A DNA stretch of 64,000 nucleotides from Bacillales bacterium. GTDB taxonomy: Bacteria; Bacillota; Bacilli; JARBTR01. Positions within the stretch are counted from its first letter, which is position 1. Every line of letters starts with the position of its first letter. The notes below the pieces were generated by a model that saw only the letters and a list, made by a program, of their open reading frames with translations, ran no database searches and had not been told where the DNA came from. Positions 50,493 to 60,874 of this stretch are shown one piece after another. The stretch is from contig JARBTR010000002.1 of assembly GCA_029240105.1 (NCBI GenBank), positions 268,394 through 332,393 of the forward strand. The letters are read 5' to 3'. The position numbers were made by a program, and so were the translations under genes.

Positions 50493-52020
50493 GAGCAGAT
50501 TCCCCCTTTGGTTCCAATTTTTTACCAGCCATTAATAAACCGAGTTCTTGCTCAGTTGTCATTTTCGGATCAACGATATCAATTATATTTCCTTCATACA
50601 TAACTGCAATTCGATCACTTACATTCATGATTTCTTCTAGTTCAAAAGACACAAGTAATACTGCCTTTCCTTTGTCTCTTTGCTCTATTAATCTATGGTG
50701 TATGTATTCAATTGCACCCACATCCAGTCCTCGAGTTGGTTGAGAAGCAATTAGAATACTTGGATTTCTATCAACTTCACGAGCAATAATAGCTTTTTGT
50801 TGGTTACCACCTGATAAAGATCGTGCTAATGCCTTTTCACTGGGTGTCCGAACATCAAATTCTTCTGCCAATTGCTTCGCTTTTTTATTTATTTCAGCAA
50901 AATTTAAAATCCCACTGCGGTTAAACGGTTTTTTATAGTACGTTTGTAGTACATAGTTTTCTGGCATCGGGAAATCTAAAACAAGACCATGCTTATGACG
51001 ATCTGATGGAATATGACCCAATCCTATCTCTGTAATTTTACGTGGTTTAAGTTTCGATGTATCTCGACCATTAATTGTAATGACCCCAGAATCAACCTTA
51101 CGCAAACCTGTTAATGCCTCTATAAGTTCAGATTGGCCGTTGCCATCAATACCAGCAATACCTACAATTTCTCCAGCTCTTACTGATAAACTAAAGTTTT
51201 TAACGGCTAAAAGACCACGATTGTCTTTTACGTTTAAGTTTTTAATTGTCAGTGTTTCTTCTGTTGGATTAGACTGGATTTTATCAGTTTTGAATGAAAC
51301 TTCTCGACCGACCATTAAACTTGCAAGTTCGTTTTCATTTGTTTCTGCGGTAACAAGAGTTTTTATCCCTTTTCCTTTACGGATAACTGTAACTCTATCA
51401 GATACTTCCATAATTTCTTTAAGCTTATGAGTAATGATAATGATGGATTTACCTTCATTTACAAGGTTTTTCATAATTTGAATCAATTCAACAATTTCTT
51501 GAGGTGTCAAAACTGCTGTAGGCTCATCAAAAATTAGGATCTCAGCACCACGGTATAAAGTCTTAATAATTTCTACTCTTTGTTGCATCCCTACAGAAAT
51601 GTTTGATACTTTGGCATTTGGATCAATATCAAGACCATAACTTACAGAAAGTTCTTTTAATTTCTTTATAGCAGATTTAATATCCACCATTGTGTTTTTT
51701 ATCGGTTCTTTACCAAGAATAATATTTTCTGCTACTGTAAACGGAGGAACTAACATGAAATGCTGATGTACCATTCCTATTCCTAAATCATTTGCAACAT
51801 TGGGATTTGAAATATTAACTTTTTTCCCTTTTACTCTGATTTCTCCTGCTTCAGGTTGATACAGTCCAAAAAGTACGTTCATTAAGGTTGATTTTCCTGC
51901 GCCATTTTCACCAAGAAGTGCATGGATTTCGCCCTTTTTCAGTTGAAGTGTAATATTGTCGTTTGCGACGAAATTTCCAAATTCTTTTCGAATATTTAGC
52001 ATTTCTATTACATATTCCAA
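50485..52020 (-). CDS. ABC transporter ATP-binding protein with duplicated ATPase domains (NupO/YufO-like)
   Basis: 511 aa, two Walker A (GENGAGKST; GIDGNGQS) and two signature regions. Confidence 0.85.
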   Translation of the reverse strand: MEYVIEMLNIRKEFGNFVANDNITLQLKKGEIHALLGENGAGKSTLMNVLFGLYQPEAGEIRVKGKKVNISNPNVANDLGIGMVHQHFMLVPPFTVAENIILGKEPIKNTMVDIKSAIKKLKELSVSYGLDIDPNAKVSNISVGMQQRVEIIKTLYRGAEILIFDEPTAVLTPQEIVELIQIMKNLVNEGKSIIIITHKLKEIMEVSDRVTVIRKGKGIKTLVTAETNENELASLMVGREVSFKTDKIQSNPTEETLTIKNLNVKDNRGLLAVKNFSLSVRAGEIVGIAGIDGNGQSELIEALTGLRKVDSGVITINGRDTSKLKPRKITEIGLGHIPSDRHKHGLVLDFPMPENYVLQTYYKKPFNRSGILNFAEINKKAKQLAEEFDVRTPSEKALARSLSGGNQQKAIIAREVDRNPSILIASQPTRGLDVGAIEYIHHRLIEQRDKGKAVLLVSFELEEIMNVSDRIAVMYEGNIIDIVDPKMTTEQELGLLMAGKKLEPKGESAHE

Positions 52021-52374
52021 AAAAAAACCTCACTTTCAAAATTGAATGAAATGATTAAATTTGTCATTTAATAATATAATCTAGAATTAATATTTTACAC
52101 ATTTATGCTTTATTCGTATAGATTTATTTTATTTGATTATATGTAAAAAGAGGAATTTATCTTAGATAATCAAAAGATTTTATCCTTCCTTACCCAGGCA
52201 AAAGTTCTCTTATAAAATTCATAACTTGTAAACTAATTTACAGCAACCTATCAAATGGAATTTGTCAAAAATTGTCCCGTATTTAGTAGACATTATAAAG
52301 CAATAGCACTAGCAATTTTGTTTCTAAGACTCTTTAAGTTTTTAGAATCATATTAATTTGTATAATAGCAAAAA

Positions 52375-52395
52375 ACGAGAGGACATGCCTCTCGT
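52375..52395 (-). terminator. Intra-operon terminator/attenuator between the binding-protein gene and the ATPase gene
   Basis: ACGAGAGG-acatg-CCTCTCGT hairpin, followed on the minus strand by UUUUUUGCUAUU, 16 nt after the BMP gene stop. A 350-nt spacer precedes the ATPase gene. Confidence 0.55.
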
Positions 52396-52410
52396 TTAGT
52401 AGTTATTTAA

Positions 52411-53481
52411 TTATTGTAATTTATCTGGTACTTTAAGTGCTCCAGATTTGATTTGTTCAGTAACTTCTTTAACTTTTGCTAAGATATCAGGAGTTAAGTT
52501 GTCTTGAGTTGGAGCGATACCAACACCATCATTCTTTAAGTTAAATTCGTAAACTTTTCCGCCTTCAAACTTTCCATCTTTACCTGCATCAGCAACAGTT
52601 TTAACTGCTACGTCAACACGCTTCATCATTGAAGTTAGTGTTACATTTGTTTTACCATCTTTTAATAATCCTTCAGCAGCTTGGTCTTTATCAACACCAA
52701 TTACCCAGATTTCTCTAGTTGGATCTGCTTCTTTAAGATTTTTAGCTTCAGTGAATACACCGTTACCTGAGTTACCAGCAGCATGATAAATTACATCGCA
52801 ATTAGCTTTGTAAAGTGCGTTAGCAGCAGCTGTACCTTTTGCAGCATCAACAAAGTCACCAGTGTAAGTTACATCGATTTTGATTGTTGGGTCAATATGT
52901 TTAACCCCAGCTTCGAAACCAGCTTGGAATTTTTTGATTAGATCTAATTCCATACCACCAACGAAACCAACACGCTTTGTCTTAGTTTTCATAGCTGCAA
53001 CAACACCTACAAGGAATGATCCTTCGTGCTCAGCAAATGTAAGAGATGCAACGTTTTTACCTTCAACAACTGAGTCAACAATTGCAAAGTTTGTGTTAGG
53101 GTTTTGAGCAGCAACTTCTTTAACAGCATCTGCTAATAAGAAACCAATACCATACACTAACTTAAAACCATTTTTAGCTAATTGGTTTAGGTTTGTTGAA
53201 TAGTCTGCATCAGAAGCAGATTGTAAATAGTCATAACCTTTACCACCTTTTTCAAGGCTATTTTCTTTACCGTAAAGTTGTAATCCTTCCCAAGCTGATT
53301 GGTTGAAAGATTTGTCATCGATACCACCAAGGTCAGTTACCATCGCTACAGTGTATTCAGTTTTTGGAGTTGCTTTGTCCTCGCCAGTTGTCTTCTTACC
53401 TTCTTCTTTATCTTTACCGCAAGCAGTAAGAAGAGAAGCAGCAACAAGCATCATTACTAAAAGTAATCCTAATTTTTTCAA
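52411..53481 (-). CDS. BMP-family (Med/Bmp) nucleoside-binding ABC lipoprotein (NupN/YufN-like)
   Basis: Lipoprotein signal LKKLGLLLVMMLVAASLLTAC. Probable TTG start at 53481 with RBS GGGGGG 7 nt upstream. The ORF-track ATG at 53529 would add 16 residues before the signal peptide. Confidence 0.8.
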   Translation of the reverse strand: MKKLGLLLVMMLVAASLLTACGKDKEEGKKTTGEDKATPKTEYTVAMVTDLGGIDDKSFNQSAWEGLQLYGKENSLEKGGKGYDYLQSASDADYSTNLNQLAKNGFKLVYGIGFLLADAVKEVAAQNPNTNFAIVDSVVEGKNVASLTFAEHEGSFLVGVVAAMKTKTKRVGFVGGMELDLIKKFQAGFEAGVKHIDPTIKIDVTYTGDFVDAAKGTAAANALYKANCDVIYHAAGNSGNGVFTEAKNLKEADPTREIWVIGVDKDQAAEGLLKDGKTNVTLTSMMKRVDVAVKTVADAGKDGKFEGGKVYEFNLKNDGVGIAPTQDNLTPDILAKVKEVTEQIKSGALKVPDKLQ

Positions 53482-53820
53482 GGTGTTAACCCCCCATTTT
53501 TTTTGTGACTTGTAAAAATTCACACTCATAAGGTAATGAAATTTTTGGAAGTCTTTCTCTTATTCTTACATATGAAAGCAAAAATATACGGAGAAAATCT
53601 CCAAATAAAATCAAACATCTATCTAGAGGTGAGTATACTCATCACCAATAATTTACCATTGATTTATAAAAAAATAAATAGCATTAGACAGAAAAGCATA
53701 TTATTTTTTTGACTAATCGACATTTTTTTTATTTTTATGTCCATAAAAAAAGCTATAAATTGAACTGTAAACTTTGTAATATCAATGATTTTTCACTGAT
53801 GTAAAAGTACACCTATTTAT

Positions 53821-53864
53821 AGCTTATTTATAACTTATTTAAAACTTACTTATAACTTACTTAA
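53821..53864. repeat. Four tandem copies of an 11-bp unit AACTTAYTTAW, flanked by 7-bp direct repeats ACACCTA
   Basis: The four copies are AGCTTATTTAT, AACTTATTTAA, AACTTACTTAT and AACTTACTTAA, phased at 11 bp. ACACCTA occurs at 53809-53815 and at 53870-53876, where it overlaps the spoIIIE stop codon. Confidence 0.6.
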
Positions 53865-53873
53865 AAATCACAC

Positions 53874-56144
53874 CTAATTCTGATTTTTTGGAACTAGAAC
53901 GGTTCTGGGCTTACTTCCCTCATATGGGCCAACCACTCCATTAGTTTCCATTTCATCAATTAACCGAGCTGCTCTGCTATATCCTATTCGGAAACGCCGT
54001 TGCAGCAGGGATACAGATGCCGTTTGCATATCTACCACCATTCTAACAGCTTCTTCATAAAGTTCATCTGAAGAATCTTGAACATTTTCTTCTATTATGT
54101 CAGGGATCATATCTTCTTGGTATTGAGCTTTTTGTTGCGTAGAAACGTACTCTACTACCTTCTCTACCTCAGAATCAGATAAGAATGCTCCTTGGATACG
54201 AGTTGGTTTGGAAGCACCAACTGGAATAAAGAGCATATCTCCTTTACCAAGTAACTTTTCTGCTCCACCCATGTCTAATATCGTTCTAGAATCTACACTT
54301 GATGAAACTGCAAAAGCAATTCGAGATGGAATGTTTGCTTTGATAACTCCAGTAATAACATCTACCGATGGTCGCTGGGTTGCAATGATTAGATGAATTC
54401 CGGCAGCACGCCCCATTTGTGCAAGTCGCATAATTGCATCTTCTACTTCTGAGGAAGCCACTAACATTAAATCTGCTAACTCATCTACTATTACCACAAT
54501 AAAAGGTAAAATTGGTTGTTTCAATTCTTCCTCTAGATTATGTCGTAAAATTTGATCATTAAAGCCCTCTATATTTCGAATACCCATTGTCGAGAAAAGT
54601 TCATAACGTCTTTCCATTTCGACAACAACTTTTTTCAATGCTTGAGCTGCTCGTTTCGGTTCAGTAACAACAGGTGTTAATAAATGTGGTATTCCGTTGT
54701 ACATGTTTAATTCAACCATTTTAGGATCGATCATCATCATTTTTACTTCATGCGGTTTTGCACGCATGAGAATACTTGTTATGATTCCATTAATACATAC
54801 ACTCTTTCCAGAACCAGTTGAACCTGCAACTAAAAGATGTGGCATTTTATTAAGTTCTGCACTTATCGGCGATCCAGAAATATCTCGTCCTAATGTTACT
54901 TTTAATAAACCTCCACGTTTATCAACTGATTGTTCTTCTAATACTTCACGTAAAGATACCATAGAAGTCTCTGAGTTTGGTACCTCAATACCAACAGCAG
55001 ATTTTCCTGGTATAGGAGCCTCTATACGAATGTCTTTTGCTGCCAAAGCGAGAGCGATATCATCGGTCAGTGATACGATTTTACTAACCTTTACACCCGC
55101 TTCAGGGTAAACCTCGTATTGAGTAACAGCTGGACCTAGATAAATCTGTGTTACTTTTGCTTTAACACCAAAGTCCTGAAGTGTTTGTTCAAGTTTCTTC
55201 GCATTTTCATTTATTTTCTGCATTGCTCCACTTTGATCAACTCTCCGTGAGTGATTCAACAATGTGAGTGGTGGCAGCATATAATCTAAATTTTCTAACT
55301 CACTCAATGATATTTTACTAAATACAACTTCTTCTTTCTTGACTGGAATTTCCTCAAAATGATCATCTGGAATTTCTATGTTGTCAGCAAAATTTTGAAT
55401 TTTAGGTCCAGGATCATGTGTTGAGTCAACTATTAGATCAACCTTCGGTTCCACTGTTTCAATATCTGTATCTTGAATCGGTTGTGGAGTTGAACTTACT
55501 GGACTTTCGAAATGGCGTTTAATATCGGATTTCATTTCCTTGCTCTGCTTTTTTAAAAAGTTAACTATAGGTAAGAATAAATTCTCAGATGTTTCTTTAA
55601 AACTTAACCCTGTTAAAAGTATTCCACCGATAATTGCGGTAATAATTGCAATGATTTTACTTCCAGCTGTATCAAATAGAAAGTGGAAAGTTGCATACAA
55701 AATAGCTCCCAACATTCCTCCGCCTAAATCTAATCCTTTTGACTCAATTACATTTGCCCAATAATGTTTCCAAGTTTGAATCACAATACTTCGATGAGTG
55801 TCATCATAAGGAATGGCCTCATTCGATATTGCAGAAATATGCGCTAAAATTAATATCGAAGCAATTAGTAGATACCCACCAAAAAATTGTCGGCTAAAAA
55901 AAGCAGGAATTTGACGTTTAATCATTAAATAGATACTTAAACCAAGTAAACCAAGAAGCAGCACAAATTCCCAATCACCCATAAATAACTGGGCAATCAG
56001 TCTAAATGCCGTTGAAATCGCTCCTAGTTTCGCTAAAGCAACAATGGAAAAACCTAATAATAGTAATCCAACGATTTCAAATCTAATAGTTGATAGTAAG
56101 GTTGACTTTGATATCTTTTTTCTTCTTCTTTTGTGTTTAACCAT
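53874..56144 (-). CDS. spoIIIE: DNA translocase SpoIIIE/FtsK family
   Basis: 756 aa. N-terminal TM segments, Walker [10 protein letters not shown], and a C-terminal gamma (winged-helix) domain. Follows rnjB and the two-component system. Confidence 0.85.
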   Translation of the reverse strand: MVKHKRRRKKISKSTLLSTIRFEIVGLLLLGFSIVALAKLGAISTAFRLIAQLFMGDWEFVLLLGLLGLSIYLMIKRQIPAFFSRQFFGGYLLIASILILAHISAISNEAIPYDDTHRSIVIQTWKHYWANVIESKGLDLGGGMLGAILYATFHFLFDTAGSKIIAIITAIIGGILLTGLSFKETSENLFLPIVNFLKKQSKEMKSDIKRHFESPVSSTPQPIQDTDIETVEPKVDLIVDSTHDPGPKIQNFADNIEIPDDHFEEIPVKKEEVVFSKISLSELENLDYMLPPLTLLNHSRRVDQSGAMQKINENAKKLEQTLQDFGVKAKVTQIYLGPAVTQYEVYPEAGVKVSKIVSLTDDIALALAAKDIRIEAPIPGKSAVGIEVPNSETSMVSLREVLEEQSVDKRGGLLKVTLGRDISGSPISAELNKMPHLLVAGSTGSGKSVCINGIITSILMRAKPHEVKMMMIDPKMVELNMYNGIPHLLTPVVTEPKRAAQALKKVVVEMERRYELFSTMGIRNIEGFNDQILRHNLEEELKQPILPFIVVIVDELADLMLVASSEVEDAIMRLAQMGRAAGIHLIIATQRPSVDVITGVIKANIPSRIAFAVSSSVDSRTILDMGGAEKLLGKGDMLFIPVGASKPTRIQGAFLSDSEVEKVVEYVSTQQKAQYQEDMIPDIIEENVQDSSDELYEEAVRMVVDMQTASVSLLQRRFRIGYSRAARLIDEMETNGVVGPYEGSKPRTVLVPKNQN

Positions 56145-56380
56145 GAAAAGGTCCTATATGTTCTTTAGGACCGTTCACCACCTATATTCAATATATCCTG
56201 TCCATTATAGCATAGCTATTTGGTTAAAATTGAGAATTTTCAATTTAAAAAACTTAATATATAAAAAAAGAACTGGGATAAAACTGTATTCACTTAATTA
56301 TTTAATCTATCAAATAATTAAAATGAATTTCAGTCTTATGTCCAAGCTCTTATTCCTAACCCTATTGTTAATACTTTTTA

Positions 56381-57766
56381 CTAGATATTTGTTGAAAGAA
56401 TAATTGTAAAGCAACTACCTTTTCCTAGTTCGCTTTCTACTTGAATAACTCCCTCATGGGCATCAATAATTGATTTGGAAATGGTTAAACCAATTCCAGC
56501 CCCACCTGTTTTACGATTACGAGATTTATCAGCACGATAGAATCGTTCAAATAAATGTGGTATTTCTTCTTCCGAAACACCGATTCCGGTATCTTTAAAA
56601 GAAATTTCATATTCATTTTTACGATTCAATTTCAATGAAACAATAATCTCCCCATGATCCGTATATTTTATTGCATTTGATAAAAGATTCACGAAAACCT
56701 GTGTTAATCTGTTTGCATCCCCAATATAAGGTGAAGGTTTCCCTTCTAAATGAAGTTGAATTCCTTTAGAATCAGCATCAACAAAATGTTGATTTACTAC
56801 AGATTTTAAAATACTAAATAAGTCTACCTGCGTTTTATGAATATGAATATTCTCTCGTTCTAAAATGGACAGCTGCTTTAAATCTTCCACTAGCTTATTT
56901 AATCGGACTACTTCCTCATAACAGCTTTGTATACGTTCCGGAGTTGGCTTTACTACACCATCAATCATCGCTTCAAAATTACCTTGAAGAGTTGTTAGAG
57001 GTGTTCTCAGTTCATGAGAAATATCGGATGTTACTCTTTTCTGCCACTGTTCACCGTTTTCTAATGCTAATGCTAACCCATTTATGGATTTTGCAAGTTG
57101 ATTCAGTTCAACCGTTTTACTCTGTTCATCTACTCTAGCCGAAAAGTCTCCATGCTCAATTTTTTCTGCAGTGGAAGCAGCATTTAGGATGGGTTTTGAT
57201 ATGCGGCTCGAAATGATAATTGAAACGATTGCACTTAAAATAGCAAATATGGCTCCAATCACAATAACAAATTTATTAAAAGCTGCTAAAAAATTCGACT
57301 CATTTTCCGTATAAAACAATGGACCAAAACTTTCAACGACAATTGTACCAACCTTCTTCCCATTTTGAATTAGCGGAAACTCCTCTTTCATTAATTCAAC
57401 ATGATCCATTTTATGGTTGGTTCTGGATTGGATATCTTTTATAACATCAGCACATAAGTCCAAATCACAAGCACGTGCATCCCAAACAGTTCTATTATTG
57501 TTGTCTTTTAAGACTAGTATGAATCCATCATGTAAAAATGACATTCCCAATGTTTGCACGGTTCCAGTATTGAACCGATTACGAGAGGAATCATATTGGT
57601 TTGCCATTGCAGAAACAATTTCAGTATTTTTCCTCTGAATACTATCTTTCACATAACCTGCAAATAGTTGGTTTGCTAGAATATTTGAAACAAAACTAAG
57701 TACAACAACAGCACTTATGATAACAAGAGAATATGTTAAGGCAAGTCTTGTACGTAAGTTTGTCAT
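56381..57766 (-). CDS. Two-component sensor histidine kinase (TM-HAMP-HisKA-HATPase)
   Basis: 461 aa with H-box SHELRTPLTTL and N/G1/G2 motifs. Its start overlaps the response-regulator stop by 4 nt. Confidence 0.85.
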   Translation of the reverse strand: MTNLRTRLALTYSLVIISAVVVLSFVSNILANQLFAGYVKDSIQRKNTEIVSAMANQYDSSRNRFNTGTVQTLGMSFLHDGFILVLKDNNNRTVWDARACDLDLCADVIKDIQSRTNHKMDHVELMKEEFPLIQNGKKVGTIVVESFGPLFYTENESNFLAAFNKFVIVIGAIFAILSAIVSIIISSRISKPILNAASTAEKIEHGDFSARVDEQSKTVELNQLAKSINGLALALENGEQWQKRVTSDISHELRTPLTTLQGNFEAMIDGVVKPTPERIQSCYEEVVRLNKLVEDLKQLSILERENIHIHKTQVDLFSILKSVVNQHFVDADSKGIQLHLEGKPSPYIGDANRLTQVFVNLLSNAIKYTDHGEIIVSLKLNRKNEYEISFKDTGIGVSEEEIPHLFERFYRADKSRNRKTGGAGIGLTISKSIIDAHEGVIQVESELGKGSCFTIILSTNI

Positions 57767-58461
57767 TCACTACCTCCAAATCGATAACCTAGTCCATACA
57801 CTGTTAATATATATTTAGGTGATTTCGGATCATCCTCGATTTTATGACGGAGATTTTTAACATGTGTATCTACGGTTCTATCAAATCCATCAAAATCTCC
57901 ATTCATAACAGATTGTATAATTTCATCACGTGTAAAGATTTTTTGAGGTCTTCCGATCAAAAGAACAAGAATTTTATATTCATTTGGAGTCAATGTTAAA
58001 ATTTTCCCGTTTTTTGAAACTATACGATTTTCTGTATCGACAGTAAGCTCACTTGCATTACCTGCGCTTTGATCCAATTCAATTTTGGTTCTTCTTAAAA
58101 TTGCCACCACACGAGCCACCAATTGTCTAGGACTAAAAGGTTTAGTGATATAGTCATCAGCACCAATATTTAACCCTTGAATAATACTGTCTTCATCACT
58201 CTTTGCAGTCATCATAATAATAGGGAGATTGGATTTCTCGCGCACTTGTTTGCAGATCTCTTCGCCCGTGATATCTGGTAACATAAGATCTAAGAGCATT
58301 AAAGAAATATTTTCTTGGTTTAAAATTTTCAAAGCATCTTTCCCTGTTTCTGCAGTAAATACTTGAAAGTTATTACTTTCTAAATAAGCCTTAACAATCT
58401 CAAGTATTTTAGGCTCGTCATCAACTACTAAGACATTATGTTTCTGTTCCATGTTGCTCAC
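57763..58461 (-). CDS. OmpR-family response regulator
   Basis: 232 aa with a receiver domain (DDEP...D...K) and a winged-helix output domain (LTVYGLGYRF). Confidence 0.85.
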   Translation of the reverse strand: MSNMEQKHNVLVVDDEPKILEIVKAYLESNNFQVFTAETGKDALKILNQENISLMLLDLMLPDITGEEICKQVREKSNLPIIMMTAKSDEDSIIQGLNIGADDYITKPFSPRQLVARVVAILRRTKIELDQSAGNASELTVDTENRIVSKNGKILTLTPNEYKILVLLIGRPQKIFTRDEIIQSVMNGDFDGFDRTVDTHVKNLRHKIEDDPKSPKYILTVYGLGYRFGGSE

Positions 58462-58638
58462 ATCCGTTTATAAGTTTTATTTTCACTTATATTATCAAAA
58501 AATATTGTAGAAAATATGTTTTTGAAAAAAGGCTGGGACAAACCAAAAAATCATCACGAAACATATGATAATATTTTTGAAGTTTAGTCACAGCCTAGAA
58601 TACCGTTTCATTTTATTTAATTTAAATTCTAAAATAAT

Positions 58639-60312
58639 TTATTTTACTTCCATGATAATAGGTAAAATTAGTGGTCTACGTTTTGTCTTATCGAATAAGT
58701 AACTATGTAAATTTTCTCTAACTTCATTTTTCATAGCGGACCATTCAAGTTGGTCTGAACCTAAGCGTTTTTCAATAACTTTTTTCACAATGGATTTTGA
58801 TTCAATAATTAGTTCTTCTGATTCACGAACAAAAACAAATCCTTTTGAAATGACTTCAGGACCAGCAATTATTGTCTTTGTTTGACGACTAATGGTTGCA
58901 GTCACAATCACAACACCATCCTGTGACAATGTTTTTCTGTCACGAAGGACAATCCCACCAACATCGCCAACACCAATTCCATCTATTAAGACATTACCAG
59001 AGGCTACTTTTCCCCTAACTTCTGCAAAACCATCGCCTATTTCTAATATTTCACCATTCTCTAGAAGTGGAATTTTATCAGGATCAATACCCAATGACTC
59101 TGCCATTTTTCCTAATCCCATCATTTGTTTAAAATCACCATGAACTGGGACTACATATTCTGGCCTTGTTAAATTAATCATCATTTTAAGTTCTTCTTGA
59201 GAACCATTCCCTGAAACATGGATTTTACCAGGTCCAAATACTACATTTGCACCTAAGCGAGTTAAAAGGTTAACTGTTTTAGATAAAAGTAATTCACTAC
59301 CAACCATAGGAGAAGCTGCAATAAGTACAGTGTCTTCGGATGAAATATTTATCATTCGATGTGAACCCTTAACCATTCTCTGAAGAGCTTTAAATGGTGC
59401 ACCTTGATCACCCGTAGTCAAAATAACAACTTGTTCATGAGGTAGTTTTTGAGCCTGGTTTACAGAAATAATAATGTCATTATCTACCTCCAAAAATCCG
59501 AGTTCCATTGCAATATTATAGACAGTCTCCAAACGTCTTCCTAAAATGGCAATTTTACGATTATTGGCTTTTGCTGCATTAAACACATGTTGTAGACCAG
59601 CAATATTCGATGCAAAACAAGCGACTATAATTCGGCCCTTTGCATGAAAAAATTGCTCATTCATTCTCCCAGAAACAATAGATTCGGAAATCGTGAAACC
59701 AGGTTTCTCGGCTCCATTACATTCAGAAATCAAACAAAGGACACCTTTTTCACCAATACTTGCAATTTTTCCAATTTCCGCTTGATAGATTCCTTTAGCA
59801 GATTGATCAAACTTAAAGTCACCTGTATAAACAATTGCACCGTCTTTGGTGTTTATAACTATTCCTACAGAACCTGGAATGCTGTGATTTGTTTGGAAGA
59901 AGGATACTGTTATGTTTCCGAATTCTAAAATTGAATCTTTATCAATTTCCACGCAGTTGGGCGAACTATTTTTTATTGTTTGACTAATATTTGCTTTTGC
60001 AAGCTCTAGTGTTAATTTAGTAGCATAAATTGGTACATCCAGGTCTTCTACCATATATGGAAGTGCTCCAATATGATCTTCATGCCCATGTGATAAGAAA
60101 ATACCTTGAATGCGATTTTTGTTTTCAACGAGATATTGAATATCTGGAATTACAAAATCGATTCCAAGCATCTCCGTTTCTGGATACATTATCCCCGCAT
60201 CCAATACAAAGATTTTCTTATCAACTTCAACTAGGAACATGTTTTTTCCTAACTCACTTACTCCACCAAGTGGAATAATTTTTATCTGATGATGCATTTT
60301 TTTACTCAACAA
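58639..60312 (-). CDS. rnjB: Ribonuclease J (RNase J2-like, ymfA/rnjB position)
   Basis: 557 aa with a beta-lactamase fold HxHxDH (HGHEDHIGALPY), beta-CASP and a C-terminal domain. Confidence 0.85.
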   Translation of the reverse strand: MLSKKMHHQIKIIPLGGVSELGKNMFLVEVDKKIFVLDAGIMYPETEMLGIDFVIPDIQYLVENKNRIQGIFLSHGHEDHIGALPYMVEDLDVPIYATKLTLELAKANISQTIKNSSPNCVEIDKDSILEFGNITVSFFQTNHSIPGSVGIVINTKDGAIVYTGDFKFDQSAKGIYQAEIGKIASIGEKGVLCLISECNGAEKPGFTISESIVSGRMNEQFFHAKGRIIVACFASNIAGLQHVFNAAKANNRKIAILGRRLETVYNIAMELGFLEVDNDIIISVNQAQKLPHEQVVILTTGDQGAPFKALQRMVKGSHRMINISSEDTVLIAASPMVGSELLLSKTVNLLTRLGANVVFGPGKIHVSGNGSQEELKMMINLTRPEYVVPVHGDFKQMMGLGKMAESLGIDPDKIPLLENGEILEIGDGFAEVRGKVASGNVLIDGIGVGDVGGIVLRDRKTLSQDGVVIVTATISRQTKTIIAGPEVISKGFVFVRESEELIIESKSIVKKVIEKRLGSDQLEWSAMKNEVRENLHSYLFDKTKRRPLILPIIMEVK

Positions 60313-60635
60313 TTTTTCCTCCGTGTTTTTATTTTTTTATGTAAAAGTTCATTAAAATTTATAAAAAAAGAATCTGCCAGAGATAATGCGAATCTAATAC
60401 AACAATCCGTTTTTTTATATTTTTTCCATTTTTTCAATAACTTAAATTTCATTATACTAAAAAAAGAAAATGAGGTACAACTAGAAAACCGTTATGAACA
60501 AACAAATAAAAGGTTAGTTGTTACTTTTTTATTTTTTCATTGGATTTGTTATTGTTTAATTTTGATTTTTTAATCAAACAAAAATGTCAATTGTTAATTG
60601 ATAAAATGGCGGAAATTCCTGTGGTCGGGCTGAGG

Positions 60636-60722
60636 GAAACGTATACGTTTCCTCGTTTTAAGGTCTCATTCAGCCCAGAAACGTATACGTTTCTTACCAC
60701 GGGAAAAAACATATATGTTTTT
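60636..60722. promoter_or_regulatory. Candidate operator array: two identical perfect 16-bp palindromes GAAACGTATACGTTTC (centres 42 bp apart) and a related dyad AAAAACATATATGTTTTT
   Basis: Palindromes at 60636-60651, 60678-60693 and 60705-60722, in the 560-bp dapA-rnjB intergenic region, 290-380 bp upstream of the rnjB start. Confidence 0.4.
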
Positions 60723-60874
60723 GGGATCATTTTCTCTAATGCCAACAAATTTTAACAGAGACTTAATTATAAAAATTCACATGGGCAGCAAACACAAAAT
60801 GATTATCCGAAGCGATAATAATAAAAAGAACTTAGGATTATCACCTAAGTTCCTGCTGTTGTTCTAATTATAAA

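Noticed and set aside
53821-53864. Possibility that the 11-bp tandem array is a CRISPR array
   Set aside because: Units are 11 bp with no intervening spacers, far below CRISPR repeat size, and there are no cas genes in the window.
52021-53870. Purine/guanine riboswitch controlling the nucleoside ABC operon
   Set aside because: Scanned the leader regions on the coding strand for the conserved purine-riboswitch cores (UAUA...GGAUAUGGC...GUUUCUACC...CCGUAAAU) and found none. No call made.
60540-60755. 71-aa plus-strand ORF covering the palindrome array, and the 94-aa ORF at 60289-60573
   Set aside because: No RBS and low-complexity Phe/Leu-rich translation typical of AT-rich non-coding DNA. 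The ORF is an artefact of the palindromes being stop-free.
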